NCBI GenBank assembly: GCA_035373625.1 | Contig: DAOSNS010000023.1 | Span: 7,890-71,889, forward strand | Length of the DNA: 64,000 bases | From: Anaerolineae bacterium | GTDB taxonomy: Bacteria > Chloroflexota > Anaerolineae > B4-G1 > SLSP01 | Direction of reading: 5' to 3' | Shown: positions 8,279 to 18,155 of the stretch, piece by piece | Layout of the letters: each line of letters opens with the position of its first letter | How positions within the stretch are numbered: position 1 is the stretch's first letter | Program-made: the position numbers and the translations under genes | The notes under the pieces: model-generated | What the model saw: only the letters and a program-made list of their open reading frames with translations | Databases searched by the model: none | Told to the model about the DNA's origin: nothing

Positions 8279-9340
8279 TCAGGCCACCTCAGGCTCCGTT
8301 TCCTCCGGTGAGGCCGCACGGCGGCGGAAGAGGCGTTTGGGCGCCAGCGCGCGCATGCGCCGATATAGATTGCGCAGTTCCGGCCCCTTGATGGCGCGCC
8401 CGGCCTCAAAATAACGCCGCGCCGCCTGCCCGATGCCCCACGTGCTGACCGCCGAAATCGCCGCCGAAACAAGCCATCCCGGACCGGGGACGAGTTTGGC
8501 TAACTGGGATCCCAGGTAGCGCGAAAGCAAGCTGCCGGCCATGGTCGTCAGCAGCTCCCGCGCGTGGGAGACGTTCATCGGTTCTCCGTAAGCCGCGGCG
8601 ATGCGCAACACCATCCGCGTCTGCGAAGCCAACAGCAAGGGAATGTCCAGGCCGGGAACCGGCTGCAACGAGATCAACGCGTTGATCCAGGCGGTTTGGC
8701 GAATAATGCGGTTGACGATGTGCCCGCGCACGTCGGGGAGCGCGCGCGCCATGGCTACGGCGACCGCCGGTTGCGCGCTCAAAATTGCGGGTAGCAACTC
8801 ATCCACGATACCCATCCCCGTCTGCGCGGAAATCGGGACGGGTCGCACGCCGAGGAGCTTCTCGGCGTTCTCCAGAATCCACGGGAGGTCCTTCTTTACC
8901 AGATCGGCCTTGTTGAGCGCCACGATGATCGGACGTTGGGTGCTGCGCAGGGTGATGTAGAGATCGTGGTCGCTCTGGCGCACACCGGCGGCTGCGTCAA
9001 GCAACAACAAGATCAAATCCGCGTCTTGAACGGCTTCGCGGGCAATCGCAGCGCGATCAACCCCCCACACTTCACCAAAACCCGGCGTGTCCACCAGCAA
9101 AAACGGGCCGATGGGATGCTCGACAACGCCCTTCGTCGTGCCGGGCACGGCGCTCACGGCAGAAATTTTCTGTCCGTGCAGGCGGTTGAACAGCGTGGAT
9201 TTGCCGCTGTTCACCGGCCCGACGATGACCAGCCGCGCCTGCGTCTCCTGTGCCACCTCGTAGCCCAGCGCGTGCCAGTCCAGCGAATGTAACAGCGTGT
9301 GAATGTCTTCCATCTGCCTGGGCAACAGCAAGAGACTCAT
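8279..9340 (-). CDS. Small GTPase with DUF697-like C-terminal membrane-associated domain
   Basis: G1 GPVNSGKST, G3 DTPGFG, G4 NKADL. Hydrophobic C-terminal half. Confidence 0.75.
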   Translation of the reverse strand: MSLLLLPRQMEDIHTLLHSLDWHALGYEVAQETQARLVIVGPVNSGKSTLFNRLHGQKISAVSAVPGTTKGVVEHPIGPFLLVDTPGFGEVWGVDRAAIAREAVQDADLILLLLDAAAGVRQSDHDLYITLRSTQRPIIVALNKADLVKKDLPWILENAEKLLGVRPVPISAQTGMGIVDELLPAILSAQPAVAVAMARALPDVRGHIVNRIIRQTAWINALISLQPVPGLDIPLLLASQTRMVLRIAAAYGEPMNVSHARELLTTMAGSLLSRYLGSQLAKLVPGPGWLVSAAISAVSTWGIGQAARRYFEAGRAIKGPELRNLYRRMRALAPKRLFRRRAASPEETEPEVA

Positions 9341-9351
9341 TGGCTATCCTC

Positions 9352-11703
9352 TCAATCCTGGTCTTCATCGCCGCCGAGAGTGACACTGCGCTTGCGTCCG
9401 GCGCTTTCTTGCGGCCCAACAAACCCCATACGCTCCATCTCTTCCATCAGGCGGGCCGCGCGCGGGTAGCTGATACGCAACTGTCGCTGCAAACCCGAAG
9501 TTGAAATCTGCCCCCGACTTTTGGCCAGCGCGATGGCGCGTTCCAACAAATCGGCATCCTCCGCCTGCCCGTCGAGGCGCAACGCTTCGGGGCCTTTGGT
9601 CTCGGCAGTCACTTGCCAGGGTGGTTGCGCCGGGGTCGCGCCGGCGATCTTTTGCCAGAAGCGGATCAGCGCCTCCAATTCACCATCGGAGATAAAGCAG
9701 CCTTGCACGCGCAGCGGCGCGGAAACGTCCGGCGGCATGAACAGCATGTCACCCCGTCCGAGCAACGACTCGGCCCCCGGCATATCAATAATGACGCGCG
9801 AGTCCACATTGCTGGTGGTGGCAAAACTCACGCGCGCGGGGAAATTGGCCTTGATCAACCCCGTCACCACGTCGGTGCTGGGGCGCTGCGTGGCGACGAC
9901 CAGGTGGATGCCGGTGGCGCGGGCCATCTGGGCAATGCGGGTGAGCGTGCGCTCCGTCTCTTCCGGCGTGGACATCATCAGGTCGGCCAGCTCATCAATG
10001 AGCACGACGATGCGCGGCAACGTCGGCTCCCCCTTGCGCGCCATTTTGCGGTTGTAGTCGTCCAGGTTGCGCGCGACGGTGGCCGAGAACAGCTTGTACC
10101 GTTGATCCATCTCGTGCGCCACCCAGCGCAGCGCGCGGATGATGTTCTCGATGTTGGACTCGGCCCGTCCTAGCAGGTGAGGCAGGCCGTTGAGGTGGCT
10201 TAACTCGACCATCTTGGGGTCAATGGCGACCATGCGCAAGGTTTCCGGCGGATTGTGCATGATCAGGCTTGCCGCGAGTGCTTTGACGAACACACTCTTG
10301 CCGCTGCCCGTCGTCCCGGCGACGAGCAGGTGCGGCATCGCCGACAAATCGGCGACGATGGCCGTGCCGGCGACATCCAGCCCCACGGCGAAGCACAACG
10401 GTTTGCCGCATTTGCGGAAGTTCTCGCTTTCCAGCACCGAACGCAAGGAAACGAGGCCGATCTCATTATTGGGGACTTCGATGCCGACGACGGCGCGTCC
10501 GGGCACCGGCGCTTCGATGCGCAGGGATTTCGCGGCCAAAGCCAGGGTCAGGTCATCGGCCAGCGCGGCAATCTGGCTGACGCGCACCTTGCGCTGTTCT
10601 TCACCATCTGTGCCCCGGCTGATGTATCCCGGCGCGACGCCGAATTGCGTGACCGTCGGGCCGGGGCGCACCTCGGTCACCTGTGCGGGGACGCCGAACT
10701 GCGCCAGCGTTTCCTCGATGATGCGGCTCTTGCGGCGTATGTCTTCGGGGTCCGTTCCGACATGGCGGCTTTCCTTCAAAAGGGTGAGCGGCGGCAGCGT
10801 TACTTCGTGGGGTGCCGGCGGGGCGACCGCTGCCGGTGATGGCGGTGGTGTCTGTGTCGCCGGTTGGGATTCCGGCGGTGGAACAACCGGTGCGGCAGGG
10901 GACGCCGGGGTGGGGGGGACGGTCGCAATGTCAACCGTGGACGATGGCGTTCTGGCGGCTTCCTGGCGTTTGGGGACAGGTGAGACGGCAATGCTGGAGG
11001 AGAGGGAAGTCGCCGATTCCGCCGACGGCGCGGTCGTTTGACGGGCGCGCAACGCGGCGAGCACTTCACCGAGACGTTGCGTGAAAAGCTGCAAGTCTTG
11101 TCTGGTCACGTCGAATGTCAGCGCCAGGCCCACCAGCAACACCAGCACCATCAGAAAAGTGGTAATCAGCGCGCCGAAAGCGTTGTTGAGGAGCACATAG
11201 AATGCCCATCCGAGCAACCCGCCGCCGCGTCCCGATTCGACCAGGCTCCAACTGCGTTTCGTAATCAGCGTGGCGGTGAGTGTGAGCAGGGCGAGCAAGG
11301 CCAACTCGAATCCGAGCACCGGCCGCCAGCGCCAGGTCATCGGGCGGTGCACCAGATGACGCAGCCACAACAGCCCCAGCCCGACGAGCAATGCGGCCAT
11401 GGGGTAGGCTCCCCAGCCGAAGATAAACACAAGGAAGCGCACCCAGGCGCGGATCAACACGCCGGAATTGACGCCCTCGATCTTGCCGGAGATGGCGATG
11501 ATCGTGAGTAAGCCGAAAAGAATCAAGGCCACGGCCAGCAACTGCTGACCGGTGGGACCCGTCATCCAGCGCCACAACACCAGGAGGATTTTGGAGAGTC
11601 TGCCTCCTGTCGAGGCCCTGGGCGCAGTTGCCTTGCCGCGCGGAACCGTTTTGCGGCCGCTGCTGCGCGGGCGGGCCATCGAGGTAGATTTACGCTGTGG
11701 CAT
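9352..11703 (-). CDS. ftsK: DNA translocase FtsK/SpoIIIE
   Basis: N-terminal TM segments, Pro-rich linker, Walker A GTTGSGKSV, C-terminal winged-helix gamma-like domain. Start is ambiguous (track 11721; ATG 11703 preferred). Confidence 0.9.
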   Translation of the reverse strand: MPQRKSTSMARPRSSGRKTVPRGKATAPRASTGGRLSKILLVLWRWMTGPTGQQLLAVALILFGLLTIIAISGKIEGVNSGVLIRAWVRFLVFIFGWGAYPMAALLVGLGLLWLRHLVHRPMTWRWRPVLGFELALLALLTLTATLITKRSWSLVESGRGGGLLGWAFYVLLNNAFGALITTFLMVLVLLVGLALTFDVTRQDLQLFTQRLGEVLAALRARQTTAPSAESATSLSSSIAVSPVPKRQEAARTPSSTVDIATVPPTPASPAAPVVPPPESQPATQTPPPSPAAVAPPAPHEVTLPPLTLLKESRHVGTDPEDIRRKSRIIEETLAQFGVPAQVTEVRPGPTVTQFGVAPGYISRGTDGEEQRKVRVSQIAALADDLTLALAAKSLRIEAPVPGRAVVGIEVPNNEIGLVSLRSVLESENFRKCGKPLCFAVGLDVAGTAIVADLSAMPHLLVAGTTGSGKSVFVKALAASLIMHNPPETLRMVAIDPKMVELSHLNGLPHLLGRAESNIENIIRALRWVAHEMDQRYKLFSATVARNLDDYNRKMARKGEPTLPRIVVLIDELADLMMSTPEETERTLTRIAQMARATGIHLVVATQRPSTDVVTGLIKANFPARVSFATTSNVDSRVIIDMPGAESLLGRGDMLFMPPDVSAPLRVQGCFISDGELEALIRFWQKIAGATPAQPPWQVTAETKGPEALRLDGQAEDADLLERAIALAKSRGQISTSGLQRQLRISYPRAARLMEEMERMGFVGPQESAGRKRSVTLGGDEDQD

Positions 11704-12634
11704 GGGGGAACCCCCCGTCAACCAATCCTAACGCGATCCGGTGTTCTTCGGGCACGATTTCCAAAATCCGCACCCGCATAGACTGTCCCACGCTGAAGTG
11801 ATCTTGCAAGGTCACGGTGGGGTTGTCCCCTTCCAGCTCTGAGATGTGAAGCAATCCCTCGAGGCCGTTTATCAGTTCGACGAAAATGCCGAAACGTTCG
11901 ATGCTGGCAACGGTGCCGACAAGCACATCCCCGACTTTGATGTGGGTGTGCACCGACAGCCAGGGGTTCTCGCTCAGCCGTTTCAGGCTCAAGCCTACCC
12001 GCTGATGTTCAGGGTCCACATTGAGGATTTTGACACGCACATCCTGCCCCGGCGTGAGGAAATCCTCAAGACGGCGCACCCGGCCCCACGAGATTTCGGA
12101 GATATGCACCATACCTTCCAGCGGGCCGATGTCCACGAAAGCGCCGAACGGTCGCACGCTGGTGACTTTGCCCGTGCAAACCCGACCCACGCATAACCAC
12201 TCCGGCCATTCCGGCTTCAGTGTCTCACATTCTGCCACCAGACGCTCCGAAAGCAGGATGCGGTTGCGCGCCGGCTCGACCTCGATGATGCAAAGGCGTA
12301 GGGGCTTGCCGAGGTAGGCTTCAAAGCATTTCTCGCGGGCCGCCGGATCGGCAGGGAAAGGGTAATTGACCAGGTGCGAGGCCGGTACAAAACATTCCAC
12401 GCCCTTCCAGTGCGTCATCAGCCCCCCGCGATTGAAACCGTCAATGGCCAGTTCCAGAATCGTGTGGGTCCGCTGGAGCTGTCGTGCCTCATCCCAGACC
12501 GCCATAGGAACCTCCGGCGCTTCGACCCATTCCCACGCGCCGACAACCTGACCGAAGCTGAGGGGGCCTTCCTCCAAAATCGCTTCCCAATAATCCTCGC
12601 ATGGTGCCGCATGCGGAGGGATGTAACGATCCAT
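11690..12634 (-). CDS. S1 RNA-binding domain protein (three S1-like repeats)
   Basis: Repeated G.V..V..FGAFV/FGIFVEL motifs. Strong SD AAGGAG 6 nt before the ATG. Confidence 0.8.
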   Translation of the reverse strand: MDRYIPPHAAPCEDYWEAILEEGPLSFGQVVGAWEWVEAPEVPMAVWDEARQLQRTHTILELAIDGFNRGGLMTHWKGVECFVPASHLVNYPFPADPAAREKCFEAYLGKPLRLCIIEVEPARNRILLSERLVAECETLKPEWPEWLCVGRVCTGKVTSVRPFGAFVDIGPLEGMVHISEISWGRVRRLEDFLTPGQDVRVKILNVDPEHQRVGLSLKRLSENPWLSVHTHIKVGDVLVGTVASIERFGIFVELINGLEGLLHISELEGDNPTVTLQDHFSVGQSMRVRILEIVPEEHRIALGLVDGGFPHATA

Positions 12635-12755
12635 ATTCTGCTCCTTATGAAAATCTTTTTGAACGTCGGCACGTTACCACGTTGGAACGTTTAGGGTAGT
12701 GCGAGTGCCAACTTATTGTTGCCAATCCTCAACAATCCCTTTGGTCTGTTGACAT

Positions 12756-14636
12756 TTATGATGACGCTTCTTGACTATTGTAAGCCTCTTCTTCCATCAA
12801 GGCAATAATCTCCGCCAGATTTTCAATGGCGATGCGCTGTTTGCGGTACAGGTCCGATTCGCTGACGGCCAACCGCATCGCCACTTCACGGACTTTGTGG
12901 CCGCGCAGAAATTTCATTTCCAGGATATTGTATAGCAGCCATTCGGGCGCTGTCAACTTGCGTTCTCCGTCGGGGCGCAGACGTTCGATGGCATCCGCGA
13001 GGACGGCCCGCAGTCCTTTGACGGTGTTGCCGTCGTAGTCGGCGGCGGCGCGTTTGACGATTTCCAGGTCCAGAAGTGGGTTCTCGGTCAGGCGTGGCCC
13101 GCCCCAATAATGCGCCAGCGCGTCGTGAACCCACTGCGGCAGTTCCGGCGACTGGGTCAAAGGGAAACCGGTAACGGCTTCGCCTTCGTAACGCAGAATG
13201 CTGCCGCGCCGTTGAATATCCGTCAGCTCTGAAAACAGCGGCGAAAAGGTGCTGAACACGACCTGCTGCAAACGCCGATCCTCAAGCGCCGCACTGGCCT
13301 GCACCAGCAGCTCATCCATCAAGGTTTCCTGTTCGGCGGCAAGTGGCAGCGTCACCTCCGGCGATCGCAGGCCAACCAATCCAAGCATGTCGCTCCCGCT
13401 TTTGTCGCGGATGACGAGCACCCAGTAGCCATCCCAAAAAATCACCCGATCCTGTTGTCGCGCCTGTGCGACCTCTTCCAGAGGAATGTGGGACAATTCT
13501 TCCTGGGTCACGTACAGGTTGCAGCGGATGTCCCAATGCAGCGCGCTATGATCCAGCATGGCAAGGAAACCGCCGTCGCTGCGCATGATCTCGCACAGCG
13601 CCGCCAGGACGTTCTCCAGGAATTGTTGTAAGTCGGCGGTGGTTAGCAAACGCTGGCTCAATTCCTGAAGCCGCACGACTTCGGCCCGTCCCTCACGGTA
13701 GAGCGCCAGGTCAATCAGCGGTTTCGCCAGCTCAATGCCTAGCTGCATGACGATCACGCTCGCGGCCAACGCCATCAAGGAGAGCGAGTATGGGCGTACC
13801 CCCAGCAACGGCTCCAGCGTCAATCCCAGGCCAAATACCCCTAGCGCGACAATGGCCGTCAACGGACCACGCAGCAGAAAGCGCACCATGCGGTACTTGA
13901 TTGCCCGGTCCGGCGTGAGCGCGCCGATGAAGGCGATGCTGTACGCCATCAAAGCCAGCATGGTCGCCACGCCGACGTTGCCCACAATCAGCACACTCCA
14001 GAACAAGGGTTCCGAGAAACGTACCGGCCAGCCGATCACCAGCAGGTAGGGAAACACCCCCAGCGCCGGCGCCATGAAGCTGATTGATAGATAGGTCATG
14101 CGGCGGCGCGCGGCGCGTGTGTAGCAACGCTGGTGGGCGTTGAAGGTCTCGTACAGCCCCCACAGGGTAACGCCGATAAAAATGAGTGCGAAAGGATAAA
14201 AGAGCGCGCCGGGCCGCAAATGCAGAGCACCAACAGTGACGACGCCGTCGCGGACGACGAGATCGGTCCACAGGGCCAGCACCGCCACAAGGCCGCTGAT
14301 GAAGAAGAAGACCGGACGCAACCAGCCCGGAAAGCGATCTTTCATCACCAACAGGCGGATGGAGCGCACGAATTCAAGGTAGAACGGTGGGGTGAACGCA
14401 ATCCCTATCCATTGCAAGCGTAACAGCAGCCAGGCCCGGTCGGGGTCTACGCCGTTGGGGGGCAGCAGGTCCACCACATAGACGGCGATGACGCAGGCCA
14501 ACAGGCCGCTGAAGGCGCTGGCGACGCGGCTCCCACGGTTGTAAAAGAACAGGTACAGCATCAGCGCGAAAGCCGTGGCGGCCACACCCGCGGTCAGTAC
14601 GTCATTCACGCGAATGAGAAGATGTTGCCAGTCCAT
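12756..14636 (-). CDS. Membrane-embedded putative one-component regulator: 7TM sensor-like N-terminus, GAF-like middle, C-terminal sigma-70 region-4/LuxR-like HTH
   Basis: Track ORF 12756..14801. Start moved to ATG 14636, which overlaps the upstream stop (TAATG). C-terminus VREVAMRLAVSESDLYRKQRIAIENLAEII. Confidence 0.6.
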   Translation of the reverse strand: MDWQHLLIRVNDVLTAGVAATAFALMLYLFFYNRGSRVASAFSGLLACVIAVYVVDLLPPNGVDPDRAWLLLRLQWIGIAFTPPFYLEFVRSIRLLVMKDRFPGWLRPVFFFISGLVAVLALWTDLVVRDGVVTVGALHLRPGALFYPFALIFIGVTLWGLYETFNAHQRCYTRAARRRMTYLSISFMAPALGVFPYLLVIGWPVRFSEPLFWSVLIVGNVGVATMLALMAYSIAFIGALTPDRAIKYRMVRFLLRGPLTAIVALGVFGLGLTLEPLLGVRPYSLSLMALAASVIVMQLGIELAKPLIDLALYREGRAEVVRLQELSQRLLTTADLQQFLENVLAALCEIMRSDGGFLAMLDHSALHWDIRCNLYVTQEELSHIPLEEVAQARQQDRVIFWDGYWVLVIRDKSGSDMLGLVGLRSPEVTLPLAAEQETLMDELLVQASAALEDRRLQQVVFSTFSPLFSELTDIQRRGSILRYEGEAVTGFPLTQSPELPQWVHDALAHYWGGPRLTENPLLDLEIVKRAAADYDGNTVKGLRAVLADAIERLRPDGERKLTAPEWLLYNILEMKFLRGHKVREVAMRLAVSESDLYRKQRIAIENLAEIIALMEEEAYNSQEASS

Positions 14637-15184
14637 TACCGCACACGTTTGCGGAAAAACAGTGCCACTTCCTGTCCCGGCCAGTAGGCATCCTGAAAAC
14701 CGCAGAAGACAAAGCGATGTTTGGCCGCGAAGCCGATGGCCGGCTGCGCCTTGAGCGGACATTCCAGGATCAAGTACTCGACTTCCTTGCGCCCGCACCA
14801 TTCCAACGCCTGCTCGAGCAGGGCCGTGGCGACACCATGCCGACGGTAAGCCTCACCCACGGCGAGGTCGGTGATCCGCGCCTCACTGCGCTCTGCGGCC
14901 AATCTCAGCGCCAGGTATCCCCATATCGCACGTTGTTCAACGGCAACCCAGAAAGCGTCGCTGTGCGCCCACCCCTTCACCCGCGCCTCCGGCGAGATCG
15001 GCGGGGTGATCCGTTGTCGGCGCGGCAGACGCACTTCACGGAACCGCGCGCCCCATTCTCCCTCATCGCGCAACGCTTCCATTTGCCACGCGGATTCGGT
15101 CTCATACGTGATATTCAGTTCCAAACAGGCTTTCCAATCCTCTTCACGCGCTGCACGAATACGCACACACACCTCCAAAATCAA
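14636..15184 (-). CDS. GNAT family N-acetyltransferase
   Basis: Acetyl-CoA motif region VGEAYRRHGVATALLEQALEW. Confidence 0.8.
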   Translation of the reverse strand: MILEVCVRIRAAREEDWKACLELNITYETESAWQMEALRDEGEWGARFREVRLPRRQRITPPISPEARVKGWAHSDAFWVAVEQRAIWGYLALRLAAERSEARITDLAVGEAYRRHGVATALLEQALEWCGRKEVEYLILECPLKAQPAIGFAAKHRFVFCGFQDAYWPGQEVALFFRKRVR

Positions 15185-15199
15185 AATCCAGAGCTTGTC

Positions 15200-15979
15200 T
15201 TACGGTGCAACGATATTGACCGGCACAATGCACATCGTCGTGTTACCGTAGATGTCCACAACGACCAGCCGGAAACGATACGGCCCTCCCGGCGGATAGC
15301 GGTTGGGGTCCGATATGTCCCATACGCCCAAAACGCCGTTTTTCACCGGTGTATCGTATTGCGAGACGAAATTCGGCGTGTCCGACCCCGGGAATTGCAC
15401 CTCGAATTTGTAATACGAGAAAGCATTGATGTCGGCGGTGCCTTCCACGCGCACTTCACCCGACAGATTCGCCCCGGCCGTTGGCAGCGTCAATTGTGCT
15501 TCGGGATGGGGGCAATCGGGCAGGTACACATCCGGCGGAACGGGCGTGGGGGTCGGCGTAGGGGTGGGGGTGGACGTCGCCTGGGGTGCCGAGATGACCA
15601 CCGACGTGATGGGTGCTGTGGTCGTCAGCGGCGGCGTTAGACTGATGGCCGTGGGGGTCCCGGTGGCGCGAATCGGGGCGGGCGTCGCGGTGAACAGCCC
15701 TACACCGACTGTGGGCGTGGGGCCTGCAGGCACAGGGATCAGCGGTACCACAAACGCACGTATAATCAGCACGACGCCGCCGAGGAACAGGAACAACATC
15801 GCCATCAACCAGGCGCGCACCAGACGCTGCTGGTACATATCGCGCTCCAACGTGAACTGCGCGACATCACGCCGCCGTTTGGTGGTTATGGCCGTGATGA
15901 CGTACCCGCACGCGCCAAACAGGCAAATCAGGCCGATCCAGAGGGCCTGCTGCCCAAGCCAACTCAGGATGACGGTCAT
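15200..15979 (-). CDS. Membrane-anchored hypothetical protein with Pro/Thr linker and C-terminal beta-sandwich-like domain
   Basis: Two N-terminal TM helices, PTPTPTPTPVPP linker; no recognisable catalytic motif. Confidence 0.6.
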   Translation of the reverse strand: MTVILSWLGQQALWIGLICLFGACGYVITAITTKRRRDVAQFTLERDMYQQRLVRAWLMAMLFLFLGGVVLIIRAFVVPLIPVPAGPTPTVGVGLFTATPAPIRATGTPTAISLTPPLTTTAPITSVVISAPQATSTPTPTPTPTPVPPDVYLPDCPHPEAQLTLPTAGANLSGEVRVEGTADINAFSYYKFEVQFPGSDTPNFVSQYDTPVKNGVLGVWDISDPNRYPPGGPYRFRLVVVDIYGNTTMCIVPVNIVAP

Positions 15980-16815
15980 AACGTGCGCAACACCCCGCGG
16001 ATGATCGTCTCCAGACGCGGCACCAGGACGCGCCCGGCAGCCAATACCTCCTCGTGGTTGGGCGGCGGCGCGCCCTCTTCTCCGACCAGCGTGTTGCTGA
16101 TGCCCGACAGTCCGAGCACCTGCATCCCGCTGTGACGGGCCGTGATCACTTCCGGCACGGTGGACATCCCCACGGCATCGGCGCCGATGAGGCGCAGGAA
16201 ACGCACATCGGCGGGGGTCTCGAAGCTCGGCCCGGCCAGGCAGATGTAGACGCCCTGGTGGGTGGGAATTCCGGCCTGCAGGGCGGTCTCTTGGGCCAGT
16301 TGGCGCAGCGCCGGCGCGTAGGCCTCGTTCATACTGGGGAAGCGTGGACCGAACTCCGCCAGATTGGGGCCGCGCAGGGGATTCAGCCCGGCCATGCCGA
16401 TGAGATTGATGTGGTCACGGATGATCATCACGTCGCCGGGGCGGTACGTCATATTCAGCCCACCGGCGGCGTTGGTCACGATGAGCAGCTCCACACCGAG
16501 CAGTCGCATCACGCGGATGGGTAGGCCGACGCGGCTCATGCTGTAGCCCTCGTAATAGTGCGCGCGCCCCTGCATCACGACTACGGGCACGCCTTCCAGC
16601 ATGCCCAGCACCAGGCGTCCCTCATGGCCTTCGACCGTGGAGACGGGGAAATGGGGGATGTCCTTGAACGGGATCGTTGTTGCATCTTCTACAGACTCGG
16701 CCAGGGCGTTCAGCCCGGATCCGAGGATCAGTCCGACTTGGGGAGTCAGCGATGTGTATCGGCGTATTGCCGTCACGGCGGCTTGAAACTCTTGCATGGT
16801 GAAAAACTCTTCCAT
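15976..16815 (-). CDS. punA: Purine nucleoside phosphorylase (PunA type)
   Basis: GLILGSGLNALAE...FPVSTVEGHEGRLVLG...MQGRAHYYEG. AGGAGG lies 8 nt before ATG 16815 (track start TTG 16821). Confidence 0.85.
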   Translation of the reverse strand: MEEFFTMQEFQAAVTAIRRYTSLTPQVGLILGSGLNALAESVEDATTIPFKDIPHFPVSTVEGHEGRLVLGMLEGVPVVVMQGRAHYYEGYSMSRVGLPIRVMRLLGVELLIVTNAAGGLNMTYRPGDVMIIRDHINLIGMAGLNPLRGPNLAEFGPRFPSMNEAYAPALRQLAQETALQAGIPTHQGVYICLAGPSFETPADVRFLRLIGADAVGMSTVPEVITARHSGMQVLGLSGISNTLVGEEGAPPPNHEEVLAAGRVLVPRLETIIRGVLRTL

Positions 16816-16834
16816 ACACAAAACCTCCTGGGAG

Positions 16835-16919
16835 TTTTCAGCTATCAGTTTTTCAGTTGTCGGTCGTCAGTTATCAGTTGTCGGATGTTGGGCGTCGGGT
16901 GTCGGCGCTGCGTTGTCGG
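16835..16919. repeat. 12 heptamers (NNNTCAG / NNGTCGG) spanning the xerD 3' end and the punA upstream region
   Basis: TTTTCAG CTATCAG TTTTTCAG TTGTCGG TCGTCAG TTATCAG TTGTCGG ATGTTGG GCGTCGG GTGTCGG CGCTGCG TTGTCGG. Confidence 0.9.
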
Positions 16920-17829
16920 ATGAGCCGGCGAGGTTCTTGCGGGCACGTGGATGGGCCTGATCGTAGACCTCGCGTTTGCGCTGGCTCGAAATTTCCGTAT
17001 AGATTTGCGTCGTAGTGATATTGGCATGCCCCAAAAACTGTTGGACTTCGCGCAGATCGGCACCGCCATCGAGCAGATGGGTGGCGAAGGTGTGCCGCAA
17101 CGTGTGCGGTGTCACCGGCACGTCCAAACCGGCTGCGTGCGCGTAGTACTGCACCAGAAACCATATCCCCTGCCGGGTCAACGGTTTCCCCAGGTTGTTG
17201 AGGAACAACGTCTTCTCGGCCGGGTCGCGCAACAAAAAGGACCGTCCCTCTTCGACATAACGCTTGAGGCAGGCCATCGCCGCCGGATACAGGGGGATGA
17301 TCCTCTCTTTGTCACCTTTTCCCACGCACGCCACAGCGCCGTTTTCTACATCTACGTCGTGCACCGTGAGATTGACGACCTCACTGGCGCGCATGCCCGT
17401 GGCGTACAGGACTTCCAGCAGCGCGCGATCCCGCAGCCCCAGCGGGGTATCCTCGACTGCGGCCGCCTCCAACAGCTTCTGCACTGCCGTGCGTGAAAGG
17501 GTATGCGGCAGACGCTTGCCGGTTTTGGGTTGGTGCAACCAATCTGCCAGATCGCTCTTCAGCACGCCTTCGGCAAAGAGAAAATGCAGAAATGAGCGCA
17601 CCGCTGCGATTTTCCGACTTTTTGTTGCCGTGCTGTAGGCCTGATCCTGTAGCGAGGCGACAAAGTCGTCGAGTATGTCGGAGCAGAGCGCATCCCATTG
17701 CATCACGCCGGCGGCCTGCACGAATTCCTGGAACTGGGCCAAGTCCCCCGTGTAAGCGGCAACCGTGTTGGCGGAATAACCCCGCTCAAACTGCACATAT
17801 CGCAAAAAGTGTTGTAAATCGGTCTGCAT
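16867..17829 (-). CDS. xerD: Tyrosine site-specific recombinase XerC/XerD
   Basis: N-terminal SAM-like domain (FLRYVQFERGYSANTVAAYTGDL). Catalytic HTLRHTFATHLL...LGHANITTTQIYT. The last ~20 aa are encoded by the heptamer tract. Confidence 0.85.
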   Translation of the reverse strand: MQTDLQHFLRYVQFERGYSANTVAAYTGDLAQFQEFVQAAGVMQWDALCSDILDDFVASLQDQAYSTATKSRKIAAVRSFLHFLFAEGVLKSDLADWLHQPKTGKRLPHTLSRTAVQKLLEAAAVEDTPLGLRDRALLEVLYATGMRASEVVNLTVHDVDVENGAVACVGKGDKERIIPLYPAAMACLKRYVEEGRSFLLRDPAEKTLFLNNLGKPLTRQGIWFLVQYYAHAAGLDVPVTPHTLRHTFATHLLDGGADLREVQQFLGHANITTTQIYTEISSQRKREVYDQAHPRARKNLAGSSDNAAPTPDAQHPTTDN

Positions 17830-17852
17830 AATCTGTCAAAACATATACAGAG

Positions 17853-17881
17853 ATTATACTTGACTATGCTCATAAAGCCAA
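17853..17881 (-). promoter_or_regulatory. Sigma-70-type promoter for xerD: TTGGCT, 17-nt spacer, TATAAT
   Basis: Minus strand: TTGGCT (17876-17881) and TATAAT (17853-17858). Confidence 0.55.
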
Positions 17882-17889
17882 ATACGGCG

Positions 17890-18114
17890 TTATGTATTCC
17901 ATGACGGTGTCGTGTCTGGGCGTTCCACAAAACGTTTGAGCCGCGCCTCAAAGCGGGTGCGCGGCACCAGAACGTAGCGATGGCATGTGAGGCACTCGAT
18001 GCCGATGTCTGCGCCTACCCGCATAATGCGCCAGGTGCGGCCACCGCATGGGTGGGCTTTGCGCATCTCCACGACATCGCCCACCTGTAAGAATAACGGC
18101 GCTTTCCCGACCAT
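17890..18114 (-). CDS. DUF951 family small protein
   Basis: VGDVVEMRKAHPCGGRTWRIMRVGADIGIECLTCHRYVLVPRTRFEARLK. Track ORF extends to 18189; Met at 18114 preferred. Confidence 0.7.
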   Translation of the reverse strand: MVGKAPLFLQVGDVVEMRKAHPCGGRTWRIMRVGADIGIECLTCHRYVLVPRTRFEARLKRFVERPDTTPSWNT

Positions 18115-18155
18115 CAACAGCCTCCGGTTCGTCTTTATTGAAGTCAGCCGCTCAC

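Noticed and set aside
10190-11041. 283-aa plus-strand ORF, and other plus-strand ORFs between 9500 and 11500
   Set aside because: They are antisense to ftsK and have no motifs.
14717-15640. 307-aa plus-strand ORF
   Set aside because: It overlaps the GNAT gene and the membrane-protein gene in antisense, with Arg-rich shadow composition.
16867-17829. Tyrosine recombinase as marker of an integrated mobile element
   Set aside because: It has XerC/D-type N- and C-terminal domains in a housekeeping neighbourhood (punA, gmk). There is no adjacent phage, plasmid or transposon gene. The nearest tRNA is 22 kb away, and I found no flanking att-like direct repeats.
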